A DNA stretch of 64,000 nucleotides, taken from positions 1-64,000 of the forward strand of contig JBFMAA010000009.1 of NCBI GenBank assembly GCA_040755955.1. The letters run 5' to 3'. The notes beneath the pieces were generated by a model. The model ran no database searches, had not been told where the DNA came from, and saw only the letters and a list, made by a program, of their open reading frames with translations. How positions within the stretch are numbered: position 1 is the first letter of the stretch; each line of letters starts with the position of its first letter. This document shows positions 38,500 through 48,105 of this stretch, in pieces. Both the position numbers and the translations under genes were made by a program. This stretch comes from Thermodesulfobacteriota bacterium. GTDB taxonomy: Bacteria > Desulfobacterota > Desulfomonilia > Desulfomonilales > Desulfomonilaceae.

Positions 38500-40488
38500 A
38501 TGGCCAAGCAATCACGCACAGTCTTCAGGTCGAAGAAACCCAAGCTTGCAATCTACTTCGCCCTCGGGTGGACCTTGGCAGCACTTGCCCTGGTGTACTT
38601 TGTGCCCGGGCCTTTCGACATCATAGACTGGAAGCTGTTTGATCGCAAGATGGCCGGACAAGCTTCCCCCCAACTGGTTACCGGCATTGTGCACTTGGAC
38701 GTGGACGACAGGGCCATAGGAAGGTACGGTCAGTGGCCCTGGGACCGGGAAATGAGTGGCAAACTTGTGGAGAAGCTGCACCGGATGGGGGCTAGACTGG
38801 TCGTATTCGACATCTTCTATTCCTCTCCTGGCAAGAGCGACAAAGGAAACCAAATCTTCTTTTCGGCAATCAAAGACGCGGGAAACGTGATCTCCGCGAC
38901 TGGTTTACCCATCACGGACGACCCTCGCAGAGAGTTCGAGCCCAGGGGTGATCAACCGAGAATCGATGCGCTCCACGACCGTGCGTGGCCGCTTCAAATC
39001 CCTTCTGCTTTTCGGCTGTTCAGAGTCAAGCACCTCGAAGACACGATTATGCCGCTGATTGAGATCATACGCGACTCTCGGGCTGTCGGGCACATCAAGT
39101 CCACCCCTGACCGAGATGGCGTACATCGCCGGATACCGTTGCTGGTGAGGTTTGAGGACAAATGCATTCCCAGTCTAAGTCTGGCCGCACTAGCCGCGTA
39201 CTGGAACGTCCCTCCGGAAGACATGCACGTCCTGCCTGGTGCTATTCAGGTGAAGCATGCCCAGCAAGTGTTGAGAATACCGGTAGATGCGAAAGCCCAG
39301 ATGATCATTCGGTGGGAGGACCCGTGGTACGCGCTCAAGAGCTACTCTGTAATTGACGTTCTGGAGGACGAGAGGGACCCGTCCGAGTCCTTTTACAAGG
39401 GAAAGATAGTCGTCGTCGGGGTGACCGCGGTCGGTACGTACGACAGGGGCCCGACCCCTGTGGATCGAGACTATCCTCTGAGTCGGATACACTCACATGC
39501 CCTCAATACGATGCTCAGCGGACGTTTTGTCTCGCCAGTCGACTTCTTTCCCTTCCCCGCATTGATCATCGCTGTCGCGACCATCGTGTTCTCCTTCTTC
39601 GGTGCACGATTGCAGCTCAGAATAGGCATCCTTATCAGCTTAGCCATACTGGCTTTGCTGGTGGTCATGCCCTTTCTTGCCTTTTCGTATCTTTCGCGCG
39701 AGCTCCCTACGGCGGGCCTTCTCTTCGTATTCCTTCCTGCTGCAACCGCGATCCTCATCGAAAGGGGTACCGGCCTGGAGCGTGATGCCGCGAGGGCATC
39801 ACGAGCTCTGGAACGATACCTTTCCCCGGAACTTCTGGAATCCATCGTCGAGCGGGGCACGGGCATAGACCTCACCACCAAACGCATGGAACTGTCCGTG
39901 CTTGTCGTGGACATCGAGGGTTTCTCCACCATCTCCGAGATGGTCGAAGTGCACTACATCAATCAGTTCCTCGACGAGTTCTTCGAGCGTGTCACTAATG
40001 CGGTGTTCGAACAGCACGGGACAGTGGACAAGTTCCTGGGAGACGGGATGCTGGCCTTCTTCGGCGATCCCGTGCCGGTCGAGAATCATGCGCGGGCAGC
40101 CATCAGGGCAGCCCTTCAGATGCAACGGGAGATGGTTCCACTCAACCTCAAGTGGGTCGCGTCGGGCCTCGCCGCGTTCGAGCAGGGTGTGCGGATTCGG
40201 ATCGGTCTCAACACAGGAATGGTGGTGGTGGGGAACATCGGTTCCGCACAGCGCATGGAATACACCGTGCTCGGTTCCGCGGTGAACATCGCATCCAGGC
40301 TGCAAAGCCTCGCGCCGCCGGGAGGCGTCCTCATGACGGCTCGCACAAAGAGCCTCGCCAAAGAGCCGATCGAATACGAAGGCCCTCAGACCATCCGCGT
40401 CAAAGGGATCGACAAGGACATCGAGGTCTACAAGATCACCAAAATCCCCCCGAGACTCGACGAGGAAACTCCGCGGCCACCCGCGTGA
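38500..40488 (+). CDS. CHASE2 sensor domain adenylate/guanylate cyclase
   Basis: 662 aa; N-terminal TM + periplasmic CHASE2, three TM, C-terminal class III cyclase domain (VLVVDIEGFST...FLGDGMLAFFG). Confidence 0.85.
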   Translation: MAKQSRTVFRSKKPKLAIYFALGWTLAALALVYFVPGPFDIIDWKLFDRKMAGQASPQLVTGIVHLDVDDRAIGRYGQWPWDREMSGKLVEKLHRMGARLVVFDIFYSSPGKSDKGNQIFFSAIKDAGNVISATGLPITDDPRREFEPRGDQPRIDALHDRAWPLQIPSAFRLFRVKHLEDTIMPLIEIIRDSRAVGHIKSTPDRDGVHRRIPLLVRFEDKCIPSLSLAALAAYWNVPPEDMHVLPGAIQVKHAQQVLRIPVDAKAQMIIRWEDPWYALKSYSVIDVLEDERDPSESFYKGKIVVVGVTAVGTYDRGPTPVDRDYPLSRIHSHALNTMLSGRFVSPVDFFPFPALIIAVATIVFSFFGARLQLRIGILISLAILALLVVMPFLAFSYLSRELPTAGLLFVFLPAATAILIERGTGLERDAARASRALERYLSPELLESIVERGTGIDLTTKRMELSVLVVDIEGFSTISEMVEVHYINQFLDEFFERVTNAVFEQHGTVDKFLGDGMLAFFGDPVPVENHARAAIRAALQMQREMVPLNLKWVASGLAAFEQGVRIRIGLNTGMVVVGNIGSAQRMEYTVLGSAVNIASRLQSLAPPGGVLMTARTKSLAKEPIEYEGPQTIRVKGIDKDIEVYKITKIPPRLDEETPRPPA

Positions 40489-40514
40489 TTCCTATGGAAA
40501 TGCGAGCGCTGGGG

Positions 40515-40565
40515 GAAGAGGCGTTTTGAAGAACGCCCCTTCCCCCAGACCCCCTTCCCCTAAAA
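40515..40565. repeat. solo palindromic hairpin terminus (GGGGGAAGAGGCGTTTTGAAGAACGCCCCTTCCCCCAGACCCCC)
   Basis: near-perfect inverted repeat; same motif at 8741-8765, 16990-17012, 17195-17215, 47890-47945. Confidence 0.75.
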
Positions 40566-40779
40566 CTTTTGGAGCATAGCGTGTCCCGCTGGTCGCCGCC
40601 CGGTGTTGGATGGGTGAGCGGGATTGCGTCATTGTAGTTCGTTGTTCCCGCAGCGCGGACATGGGTGTTCTCATGCCAAGGGGAATTCCGCGGGAAGGGT
40701 CGTTCTGCTAAGAGGGTTGAGTTTCTTGTTGCCCCGGAAGAGACCGCCAATGGCCCGACAGCTCCAGGAATGTGCGAAG

Positions 40780-40890
40780 TGCCTTTCTTCGGTTGCGTAG
40801 AACGAACTCGCCCGCCATCGGTCTTCCTGCGGACCGACAAAGGTCGACGCGAAGTTGGGTTGCCGCTCCCAGCCGCTCTGTGTCCCCTGT
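40780..40890 (+). repeat. dispersed repeat family A copy
   Basis: gcgtagaacgaactcgcccgccatcggtcttcctgcggaccgacaaaggtcgacgcgaagttgggttgccgctcccagccgctctg. Confidence 0.8.
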
Positions 40891-40912
40891 GCCTCTGTGG
40901 TGAATTCTCCTA

Positions 40913-41284
40913 CTACTTCTTATCCTGGGAGGCTGCGTCGCGATACGCGTGGTCCTGCCGGTCAAATTCCCGCCGGACCGTCTCTTCGTACGCACTTGCC
41001 TGTTCGGACAAGAGTCGCTCTTTGTGCGTCTTGTATTTGTAATACGATACAATGAACACCACGATCACAATCGTGAGGCAGATAGTAGCCGTCACGTAGG
41101 GAAACCTGACCGGCTCCTGCACTACTACGGTGTGTGCGCCTTCTTTCGTGACTGCCTGTCCGGGATCTTGGGCGGTCTTGTGCAATCCACACGTCGGAAT
41201 GCCGAACACGAGCACACCTACCACCAACGCGATCCCCACGAGTATCACCACCGGATCGAACAACCAATCGAGAAGATCACCCAT
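40913..41284 (-). CDS. hypothetical two-TM membrane protein
   Basis: 123 aa; two hydrophobic helices, charged C-terminal tail. Confidence 0.45.
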   Translation of the reverse strand: MGDLLDWLFDPVVILVGIALVVGVLVFGIPTCGLHKTAQDPGQAVTKEGAHTVVVQEPVRFPYVTATICLTIVIVVFIVSYYKYKTHKERLLSEQASAYEETVRREFDRQDHAYRDAASQDKK

Positions 41285-41359
41285 CGCTTTGCACCCCCGA
41301 GGGTTGTCACACGCAAGCCCAGTATATCGGGTCGGCCCCTCGACCGCAAGAGAGGCGGC

Positions 41360-42601
41360 TCACTGAGGCTGGTCGTGAGCATCCGATTGCCCGACAGGAA
41401 GAGAAAAGCTGAACGTAGTACCCACCCCTTCTTCGGATTCGAGCGTGATCCTGCCTCCGTGGCCTTCCACGATGCTCTTCACGATCGAAAGTCCCAGACC
41501 GGTCCCCAGAGTGTGATCCGCACGCGGCACCCGAAAGAATCTGTCGAACACTTTGCCTCGGAACTCAACGGGAATCCCCACGCCGTTGTCGGACACGCTC
41601 GTCACCACGTGGGCTCCGTTCACCACCACACGCACCCGAATTGTTGGGTCTGACCGCCGGCCCATGTGGCGAATGGCATTGACCACCAGATTGTCCACAA
41701 CCTGCCTGATTCTGTGTGCGTCTCCGAGAATGTTCGGCAACACGTCTTCGATCTCCAGGACAAGCCGTATTCCCTTCTCCTCCGCGGTTCGGGCGTGCAG
41801 GGCAGCGACTTCCCGAATCGTGTCGCCCAGTTCCACCGGTTCAGGCCTCGGGGGTGTATTCTCGATGGCGAGTCCGTCCAGGAGCTCCCAGAGGAAGTGT
41901 TCCATTGCCTTGCTCGCGGTTTCCACCTGGGCAAGGATCTGTTCGGATGGTTCATCCGAGACGTTCCTGCTCAGCCGCTTCCTGAGCACTCCCACCAAAC
42001 CCGCGATGCTCATCACAGGGGACTTGAGATCATGAGCCACCGTTTGGACGAGGGATTCCAGCTCCTCAGACCGCCGGTGGGACTCTTCGGTGCGTTGCTG
42101 CAATGCCTGTTCCGCGTCTCTTCGCGTGGTGATGTCGCGAATGATCCCGGTGAAGAAGACCCCAGCCCGAGTCCGCCACGTTGCCAGGGAAAGCTCCAGC
42201 GGGAATTGAGTCCCGTCCCTGCGAAGGCCCTCCAACTGGACCGTATTGCCGATAAGCACCGGTTTCCCTGTTTCCAGGTAGCGCTTCATGCCTCTGGTGT
42301 GGAGATCACGGTATTGTGGGGGGATGAGAATCGCGGCGGGTTTGCCGAGGGCTTCCTCTTCCGAGTACCCGAAGATCCGCTGCGCTGCCTTGTTCCAGAA
42401 CACGATGCGGTCGTTGCTGTCTGTGGAGATGATCGCGTCCACCGCGGAACGGGCAACCGACCGAAACTTCGATTCCGATTCACGCACCGCTTCTTCGGCA
42501 AGCACGCAGGCTGATTGAGCGTCTTCCGCTGCCGACAGTCGCGTGCGTACCTCGCGGAGTTCATCCAGGAGCTGCGCCTTGGTCTTGAGTGCATCTTCCA
42601 T
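41360..42601 (-). CDS. PAS domain sensor histidine kinase
   Basis: 413 aa from ATG 42601 (GAGGAGG SD); PAS domain, H-box AHDLKSPV, N/G1/G2 boxes (NAIRH, DNGVGI, GTGLGLSIV); no cognate response regulator in window. Confidence 0.85.
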   Translation of the reverse strand: MEDALKTKAQLLDELREVRTRLSAAEDAQSACVLAEEAVRESESKFRSVARSAVDAIISTDSNDRIVFWNKAAQRIFGYSEEEALGKPAAILIPPQYRDLHTRGMKRYLETGKPVLIGNTVQLEGLRRDGTQFPLELSLATWRTRAGVFFTGIIRDITTRRDAEQALQQRTEESHRRSEELESLVQTVAHDLKSPVMSIAGLVGVLRKRLSRNVSDEPSEQILAQVETASKAMEHFLWELLDGLAIENTPPRPEPVELGDTIREVAALHARTAEEKGIRLVLEIEDVLPNILGDAHRIRQVVDNLVVNAIRHMGRRSDPTIRVRVVVNGAHVVTSVSDNGVGIPVEFRGKVFDRFFRVPRADHTLGTGLGLSIVKSIVEGHGGRITLESEEGVGTTFSFSLPVGQSDAHDQPQ

Positions 42602-42762
42602 GCTGGCCTCCTCAACAAGCCCTGAAAGAATGTACTCCCTCCCGCCCGCGCCCGCAACCATAAACAGGGACGACCATCCGTCCCTGTTGTCGTCACACCG
42701 GCTTTCGCCGGGGTGACGACATTGCCTGAATCGGCACGATTATTGTGTGACGGGCCCTTGTC

Positions 42763-45039
42763 TCAAAGTTGCACACCGAGCCGGTCCCAAACCGATTCTC
42801 CTTCCTTGATCTCGTCGGGCTTGAGATGCGGATAGGTCTTGAACAGGAAGTAGGCCATGGGCACGACACCAAGGAGTATGATGGTGAGATCCGGCACGAT
42901 GCGGAAAGTCCCCAGCACCACCACCGGTCCACGTTCGAAGAACTCTGCGCTGCGGGCAGCCCACAAGCCCTCCGAGAAGCTCGTCCATGCCTGCATGATT
43001 CCGACAGGGAAGAGCGTCGCCAGGGTCAACAGAGCCAACCCAATGTTGAACCCCCAGAAAGACAGCCTCAACGTCGAGTCGGACCAGTACTCCTTCTTCA
43101 CCATGCCTCGCCATGAGAACAACAGCAACGCAATCGAGATCATCCCGTACGTCCCGAACAGGGCTGCATGGCCATGGTTCATGGTCAGGTAGGTGCCGTG
43201 CTCGTAGTAGTTGACGATCGGCAGGTTGATCAGGAATCCGAACACGCCCGCGCCGAGGAAGTTCCAGAACGATGAGGCCACCAAGAAGAACAGCGGCCAC
43301 TTGTAGGGAAATTCCCTTCCTTCCTTGGCAATCGAGCGGTACTCCATCAGACCGCGAACCACCAGACCGAACAAGGGGACCGGTTCCATGGACGAAAAGA
43401 CCGATCCCAGAGCCAGCCAGTAGCTGGGACCGCCATACCAGAAGTAGTGATGCGCGGTCCCGATGATCCCAGACAGAAATACGATTGCCGCAGTGAAATA
43501 GGCAACGGTCAGAGCTGCTCTGGCTGAAGCCAACCCCATGACCACCAGGAGCAGGGAGATCACCGCGACTCCGAAGAATTCGAATATGCTTTCAACCCAG
43601 ATGTGCACCACAAACCAACGCCAGTAATCAGCGACGGTGAAATGTGACCCGCGGCCGTAGAGCAAGCCGAAACCGAAGAATACCACCACGAGAATCGCGC
43701 TGAGCACATAGAACATCATCAGGCCGTTGAAGTCGTCCTTGTGGCCAAGCTTCAGGTGGTTGTAGATGGGGCGGTAGACGATCAGCAACCACGCAATGAG
43801 CCCGACAAAGAGCAGGATCTGCCAGACCCTGCCGAGTTCGAGGAATTCCCAACCCTGGTGTCCGAACCAGAACCACCAGTCACCCAACAGCCCGTAGATA
43901 CCGGCGACCTCGCCGCCAAGGCTTCCTACGGCAACCAGCAGGATCGCCGCGAACAGCAACTGCACGAGCGCTCCCTGCCCCTTGGGTTCCACTCCCCCTA
44001 GAATGGGAGCCATGTAGATCGCGGAGGCAACCCATGTGGTCGCTATCCAGAATATGGCCAATTGCAGATGCCACGTCTTCGCCCAGCTATAAGGGATGAG
44101 ATCCGCCACGAACTGCACGTAGAAACTCGCCGGATGAATCGTGTAATGGGCCAGCAGACCTCCCATGTTGGTCTGCACCAGAAACAGCAGAATCACTACC
44201 AGGAAATACTTGGCCGCGCGGAACTGGCTCGGCGTAAGCGGCATCGCGATCAGCTTCTCCGCGAGCGCCACTCCCTTGGTCTCCCCGTAAAAGAGACCGA
44301 AATGGTGGACACAGAAGATGAACATACCCAGTACCACAAGCAAGGACAGGAGTCCCGCCAACGACCAGATGAACGTCTCAGCCGAAGGCACGTTCCCGAC
44401 AGTCCGGTCTGCCGGCCAGTTGTTGGTATAGGTGTAGGCAGAATCGGGGCGCTTCGTCGAGGCGACCCATGCGGTCCAGAAGAAGAAACGGGCAATGGAT
44501 TGCCGCTCCTCGGCCGTCTTGACCGTGTTGGGAAGGAATCCGTAACGTTTCTCGCCCTCTTTGAAGGTCTTCTCCCAGAATTTCTCCACCTCCTCCAAGG
44601 CCTTGGTCTGGGCCGGCGTCAGAGTGAGCGTGTCTTTTGCCGGGTCGTACCGATTGGTCTTCACCTCGTCGGTGACCTTGACCGTCAGGATCTTGCGGTC
44701 CAGATCCGCCAGATCCGCGGGCGGCTTCTTGAAGTCTTTCAGCGAGAGGTCTTCCGTCACCACGTTGCTGATGAGGTGCAATGTGCTTGCGGAAAACTCC
44801 ATGCCTCGCTGGGAACCGTGACCCCACACGCTCCCGTGGTCCATGAGCCCATACTTCTGGAAGACATCCTGGCCGGCAATGATGTCACTCTTCTTGAACA
44901 GGACCTTGCCCGTCGAGTCGACCACAGAGCCGGGATACGGCGGTACCTTGTCCAGGGCATAATATCCCCCCCCAAGCAGCACCGCCATGGCGACGATGAA
45001 TGAAACGATTGCCGCCCATTTCAACCCTTCAACCGACAT
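42763..45039 (-). CDS. norZ: quinol-dependent nitric oxide reductase large subunit (qNOR, NorZ)
   Basis: 758 aa; N-terminal periplasmic extension plus 12+ TM heme-copper oxidase fold; conserved AHHYFWYGGPSYW and HGHAALFG histidine ligand blocks. Confidence 0.85.
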   Translation of the reverse strand: MSVEGLKWAAIVSFIVAMAVLLGGGYYALDKVPPYPGSVVDSTGKVLFKKSDIIAGQDVFQKYGLMDHGSVWGHGSQRGMEFSASTLHLISNVVTEDLSLKDFKKPPADLADLDRKILTVKVTDEVKTNRYDPAKDTLTLTPAQTKALEEVEKFWEKTFKEGEKRYGFLPNTVKTAEERQSIARFFFWTAWVASTKRPDSAYTYTNNWPADRTVGNVPSAETFIWSLAGLLSLLVVLGMFIFCVHHFGLFYGETKGVALAEKLIAMPLTPSQFRAAKYFLVVILLFLVQTNMGGLLAHYTIHPASFYVQFVADLIPYSWAKTWHLQLAIFWIATTWVASAIYMAPILGGVEPKGQGALVQLLFAAILLVAVGSLGGEVAGIYGLLGDWWFWFGHQGWEFLELGRVWQILLFVGLIAWLLIVYRPIYNHLKLGHKDDFNGLMMFYVLSAILVVVFFGFGLLYGRGSHFTVADYWRWFVVHIWVESIFEFFGVAVISLLLVVMGLASARAALTVAYFTAAIVFLSGIIGTAHHYFWYGGPSYWLALGSVFSSMEPVPLFGLVVRGLMEYRSIAKEGREFPYKWPLFFLVASSFWNFLGAGVFGFLINLPIVNYYEHGTYLTMNHGHAALFGTYGMISIALLLFSWRGMVKKEYWSDSTLRLSFWGFNIGLALLTLATLFPVGIMQAWTSFSEGLWAARSAEFFERGPVVVLGTFRIVPDLTIILLGVVPMAYFLFKTYPHLKPDEIKEGESVWDRLGVQL

Positions 45040-45119
45040 AACGCACCTCCGACTTTGGTTGTGGGTGGTATAGGAGCTTGACCACCGGTTCCATTAGAAG
45101 CCGCACAGCTCAGGATACA

Positions 45120-45133
45120 TTGACGTAGGTCAA
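45120..45133. promoter_or_regulatory. FNR/DNR/NnrR-type binding site TTGACGTAGGTCAA upstream of norZ
   Basis: perfect TTGAC-N4-GTCAA palindrome about 85 bp upstream of norZ start codon on the correct side of the gene. Confidence 0.5.
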
Positions 45134-45294
45134 GAAGAAACAAAAAAGTAACATGGCGGGAAATACCAATGTGAGTGGCTCTCGTTACGACTCGGGTCTG
45201 AATTGTGGAGGTTTTTCGGTGAACGGATATACCGGTTTCGGTTCATCGCGACTGCCACCAGTCGCTCGAAAAGGTGCTGCCCTGGAAATCGCAT

Positions 45295-45885
45295 TCACCC
45301 CGGCAGAAGACTCGTCATTGAGGGAGGATGCACGCCGCTGACCGTCACGCGCCCCGATGGGTCGATCGTGAGTTCGGCAGGAGGGACTTGCTCCACGTCA
45401 GGCAGGGAATACCTCGACGTGAGCAGACGCACGGTCTGGTTCGAGGACCCACGAATACCTTCCCGACAGTGCTGGTGAGCCAGGTACCTCCCCGCGATGA
45501 GCACGTCCAGATGAGAAAGGATTTCCGTACCGGCCGGCATCGCAGACATCTCGTCCATCGTGTAGCCCGAAAAAAGCAGAACAGATAGTCCCGTCCGCCT
45601 CCTGACCAGCCGCAAGAGCTCGCACACGCCCGCTGCCTGATCGAGCGGTTCCCCTCCGGTGAGAGAGATACCCTCCGCGTGTCCCTTCATGGCGCAGATC
45701 CGATCGGCCAAAGCGTCCGCGGTCATGAGCGTCCTGGGAGCCACCGAATGAGTCTGCGGGTTGAAGCATCCCGTACATCGCAGCGAACAGCCCTGGAACC
45801 AAACCACGATACGTACCCCCGGACCGTTGGCTCTACTGTGCTCCAGAACCCGGTGAATATTGAGCACAGGGAAATCCCTTTCCAT
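45295..45885 (-). CDS. radical SAM 4Fe-4S single-cluster activase (NrdG/QueE-like)
   Basis: 196 aa; CxxxCxxC (CSLRCTGC) near N-terminus, small size typical of anaerobic RNR activating protein family. Confidence 0.65.
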   Translation of the reverse strand: MERDFPVLNIHRVLEHSRANGPGVRIVVWFQGCSLRCTGCFNPQTHSVAPRTLMTADALADRICAMKGHAEGISLTGGEPLDQAAGVCELLRLVRRRTGLSVLLFSGYTMDEMSAMPAGTEILSHLDVLIAGRYLAHQHCREGIRGSSNQTVRLLTSRYSLPDVEQVPPAELTIDPSGRVTVSGVHPPSMTSLLPG

Positions 45886-45903
45886 CTTGCCGCCTCAGGG
45901 ACG

Positions 45904-47448
45904 CTACCTCTCAAGAGCTTTGAGGTAGAGTTGGTACAACTTGGGCTCGAATAGCGTGTTCACGGGCACCTCAGTGGGACCCACATCCCGCCCGAATATG
46001 CTCGCGGCGACCATGGTTTCCCGAGTCAGGAACCTTGTGGGGACGGTTATCTTGAAGTCGTTCGGAGCGGGTCCATCCTTCGCTGCCAGAGTGAACCCCC
46101 AGATCCCGAAAGTCGGTATCGCCACGTGATAACTATGGGTCGAAAACCCGGCGGCCTGCAGCGTCTTGGCAATCGACCAGAATACCTCTCGGGTGTAGAA
46201 GGGCGATGAGCTTTGGGTAGTCAGCATGGCCCCCTGGTCCATGCACCCGGAGAGCATCTTGTAGAACTCCGCGGAGTAGAGCTTGCAGAGCCCTTCGTTG
46301 TGGGGATCGGGAAGGTCAATGATCACCCTTTGGAACTTGTCACGGGATTGCCGGACGAACACGAACGCGTCGTCGTGATGAATCCTCACCTTCGGGTCAC
46401 GAAGACTGTCCTGGTTGGCTCTGCGTATCACCGGGAAGTCCTTGCTCATGTCCGTAATGACCGGGTCTATGTCCACGAGGTCGATGGTCTTGACATCGGG
46501 GTATTTCAGGACCTCCCGGGCTGCCATGCCGTCACCGCCGCCGAGGATCAGGACTCGATCACGGTTCCCCGACGCGGACATCACCGGGTGGACCAGGGCT
46601 TCGTGGTAACGATGCTCGTCTCTGTCGCAGAACTGGAGATGACCGTCCAGGTAAAGGCGGAGCTCCCCGTTCACGGGGGACTTGGTGACCACTATTCGCT
46701 GGTACGGGGACTGGTGCCGGAAGACGATGTCGTCCGCAAAAAGACGCCCCTCTGCAAACGACCCGATCTTGGTGGCCGCGACGGTGCAAGCGATCAAGGC
46801 GAGCGCAACGGCCCCGCAGAGCACCGCGATCAAGCCGGGGCGTCTCAAGGTGCGCTGGAATACGTGCACATTGAACAACGCCACCAAGATATTGAGCAGC
46901 CCTATGGCAAACGATGACCTGAAAAGACCGAGATGCGGGAGCAGCACCAGCGGAAATGCAATCGAACCGATCAGTGCCCCTACATAATCGAGTGAAAGCA
47001 CGTGAGCAATCGAGAATCTCAGGCTCTGTTTGAGGGTGAGCACTCGAGTCAATATGGGAATCTCGAGACCCACAAGCGCTCCGATCACCACGATCAACGT
47101 GTACATGACCGGCCTGTAGAAAGAGAAATAGGGAAACACTAGGAACAGGACCAGGCTGCACAAACCGCCAACCAGCGAGACCGCTATCTCGATCAGGACA
47201 AACCCGGTCACCAGCTCGGTCACCAAGAGCTTCGACAGATACGCGCCCAAGCCCATCGCAAACATGAACAGCCCAATGGTGATCGAGAACTGGTACACGC
47301 TGTTGCCGAGAAGGTAGCTCGACACGGTTCCGATGATCAGCTCATACGCGATCCCGCACAGTGCCACCACAAGAATAGACGCCAGCAATACCACAAGCTG
47401 GGATGGGGTCAGATCTTCTTGGTCGGCACGTGGGGCGGTGTGGCTCAT
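45904..47448 (-). CDS. speE: polyamine aminopropyltransferase (spermidine synthase) with N-terminal multi-TM domain
   Basis: 514 aa; 7-8 TM N-domain followed by LILGGGDGMAAREVL...DLVDID SAM-binding and D-x-x-D catalytic motifs of SpeE. Confidence 0.8.
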   Translation of the reverse strand: MSHTAPRADQEDLTPSQLVVLLASILVVALCGIAYELIIGTVSSYLLGNSVYQFSITIGLFMFAMGLGAYLSKLLVTELVTGFVLIEIAVSLVGGLCSLVLFLVFPYFSFYRPVMYTLIVVIGALVGLEIPILTRVLTLKQSLRFSIAHVLSLDYVGALIGSIAFPLVLLPHLGLFRSSFAIGLLNILVALFNVHVFQRTLRRPGLIAVLCGAVALALIACTVAATKIGSFAEGRLFADDIVFRHQSPYQRIVVTKSPVNGELRLYLDGHLQFCDRDEHRYHEALVHPVMSASGNRDRVLILGGGDGMAAREVLKYPDVKTIDLVDIDPVITDMSKDFPVIRRANQDSLRDPKVRIHHDDAFVFVRQSRDKFQRVIIDLPDPHNEGLCKLYSAEFYKMLSGCMDQGAMLTTQSSSPFYTREVFWSIAKTLQAAGFSTHSYHVAIPTFGIWGFTLAAKDGPAPNDFKITVPTRFLTRETMVAASIFGRDVGPTEVPVNTLFEPKLYQLYLKALER

Positions 47449-47689
47449 TGCTCAATCAATTCTCAGTCAGGGGCACAGGCGGCCAAATAGCCCGACCGTG
47501 GCGTCAAGAATTCCCCTTCACCCTGCCCTCTCCGTCCGGAGGAGAGGCTTTCCGAATACCCTGCCATGAACGGAGAGGCTTGCGGATACCCCCCCACGGG
47601 AGGAAGGGGCTTCCGACCCCCCATAGGCGTCAAAATAAGGGCCACCGTCCCTCATTCCCCGGCCCTAGAAGACCCGGCTGTTGTCAGTT

Positions 47690-47770
47690 GTCCCTCCGGG
47701 ACTCCGCCTCTCCCAAGCCCCGTAGGGGCGACTGAGAATAGCCGGATGCTTCAGCACCGGGACCCAAGGG
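47690..47770. repeat. repeat family D second copy
   Basis: about 85% identical to 17060-17150. Confidence 0.6.
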
Positions 47771-47884
47771 CCGAAGACCCTGTGGCGTGGCAAGCGGGTA
47801 ATTTGACGCCCATGGCTTCCGATCCCCCTCCCCTCGTGGGAAGGGGCAGGGGGAGGGGGATGACTGCCTAGATGTCGAATTCGG

Positions 47885-47945
47885 CCGTCGCCAAGTTAGC
47901 GCTATGGGGGTCTGGGGGAAGGGGCGTTTTTCGAGACGCCCCTTC
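47885..47945. repeat. solo palindromic hairpin GGGGTCTGGGGGAAGGGGCGTTTTTCGAGACGCCCCTTCCCCCAGA
   Basis: perfect 20-bp stems; family A terminus motif. Confidence 0.8.
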
Positions 47946-48105
47946 CCCCAGAATCCGTATTCACATGAGAATCCCCATGCCCGCGGGGCGGGCACAACGA
48001 AGCATGAAAAAAGGGGCGCTGGGTATATTATATAAACTCAGTCGGATAAGCGGCTGATATCACACAGGCTGACCCCCTTTTTTCATGAGAACGTGAGAAG
48101 TTCCA

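Noticed and set aside
42640-42760. Rho-independent terminator between norZ and the histidine kinase gene
   Set aside because: Two strong hairpins are present but the T-tract follows them on the plus strand, whereas both flanking genes are on the minus strand; function as terminator versus regulatory structure cannot be decided
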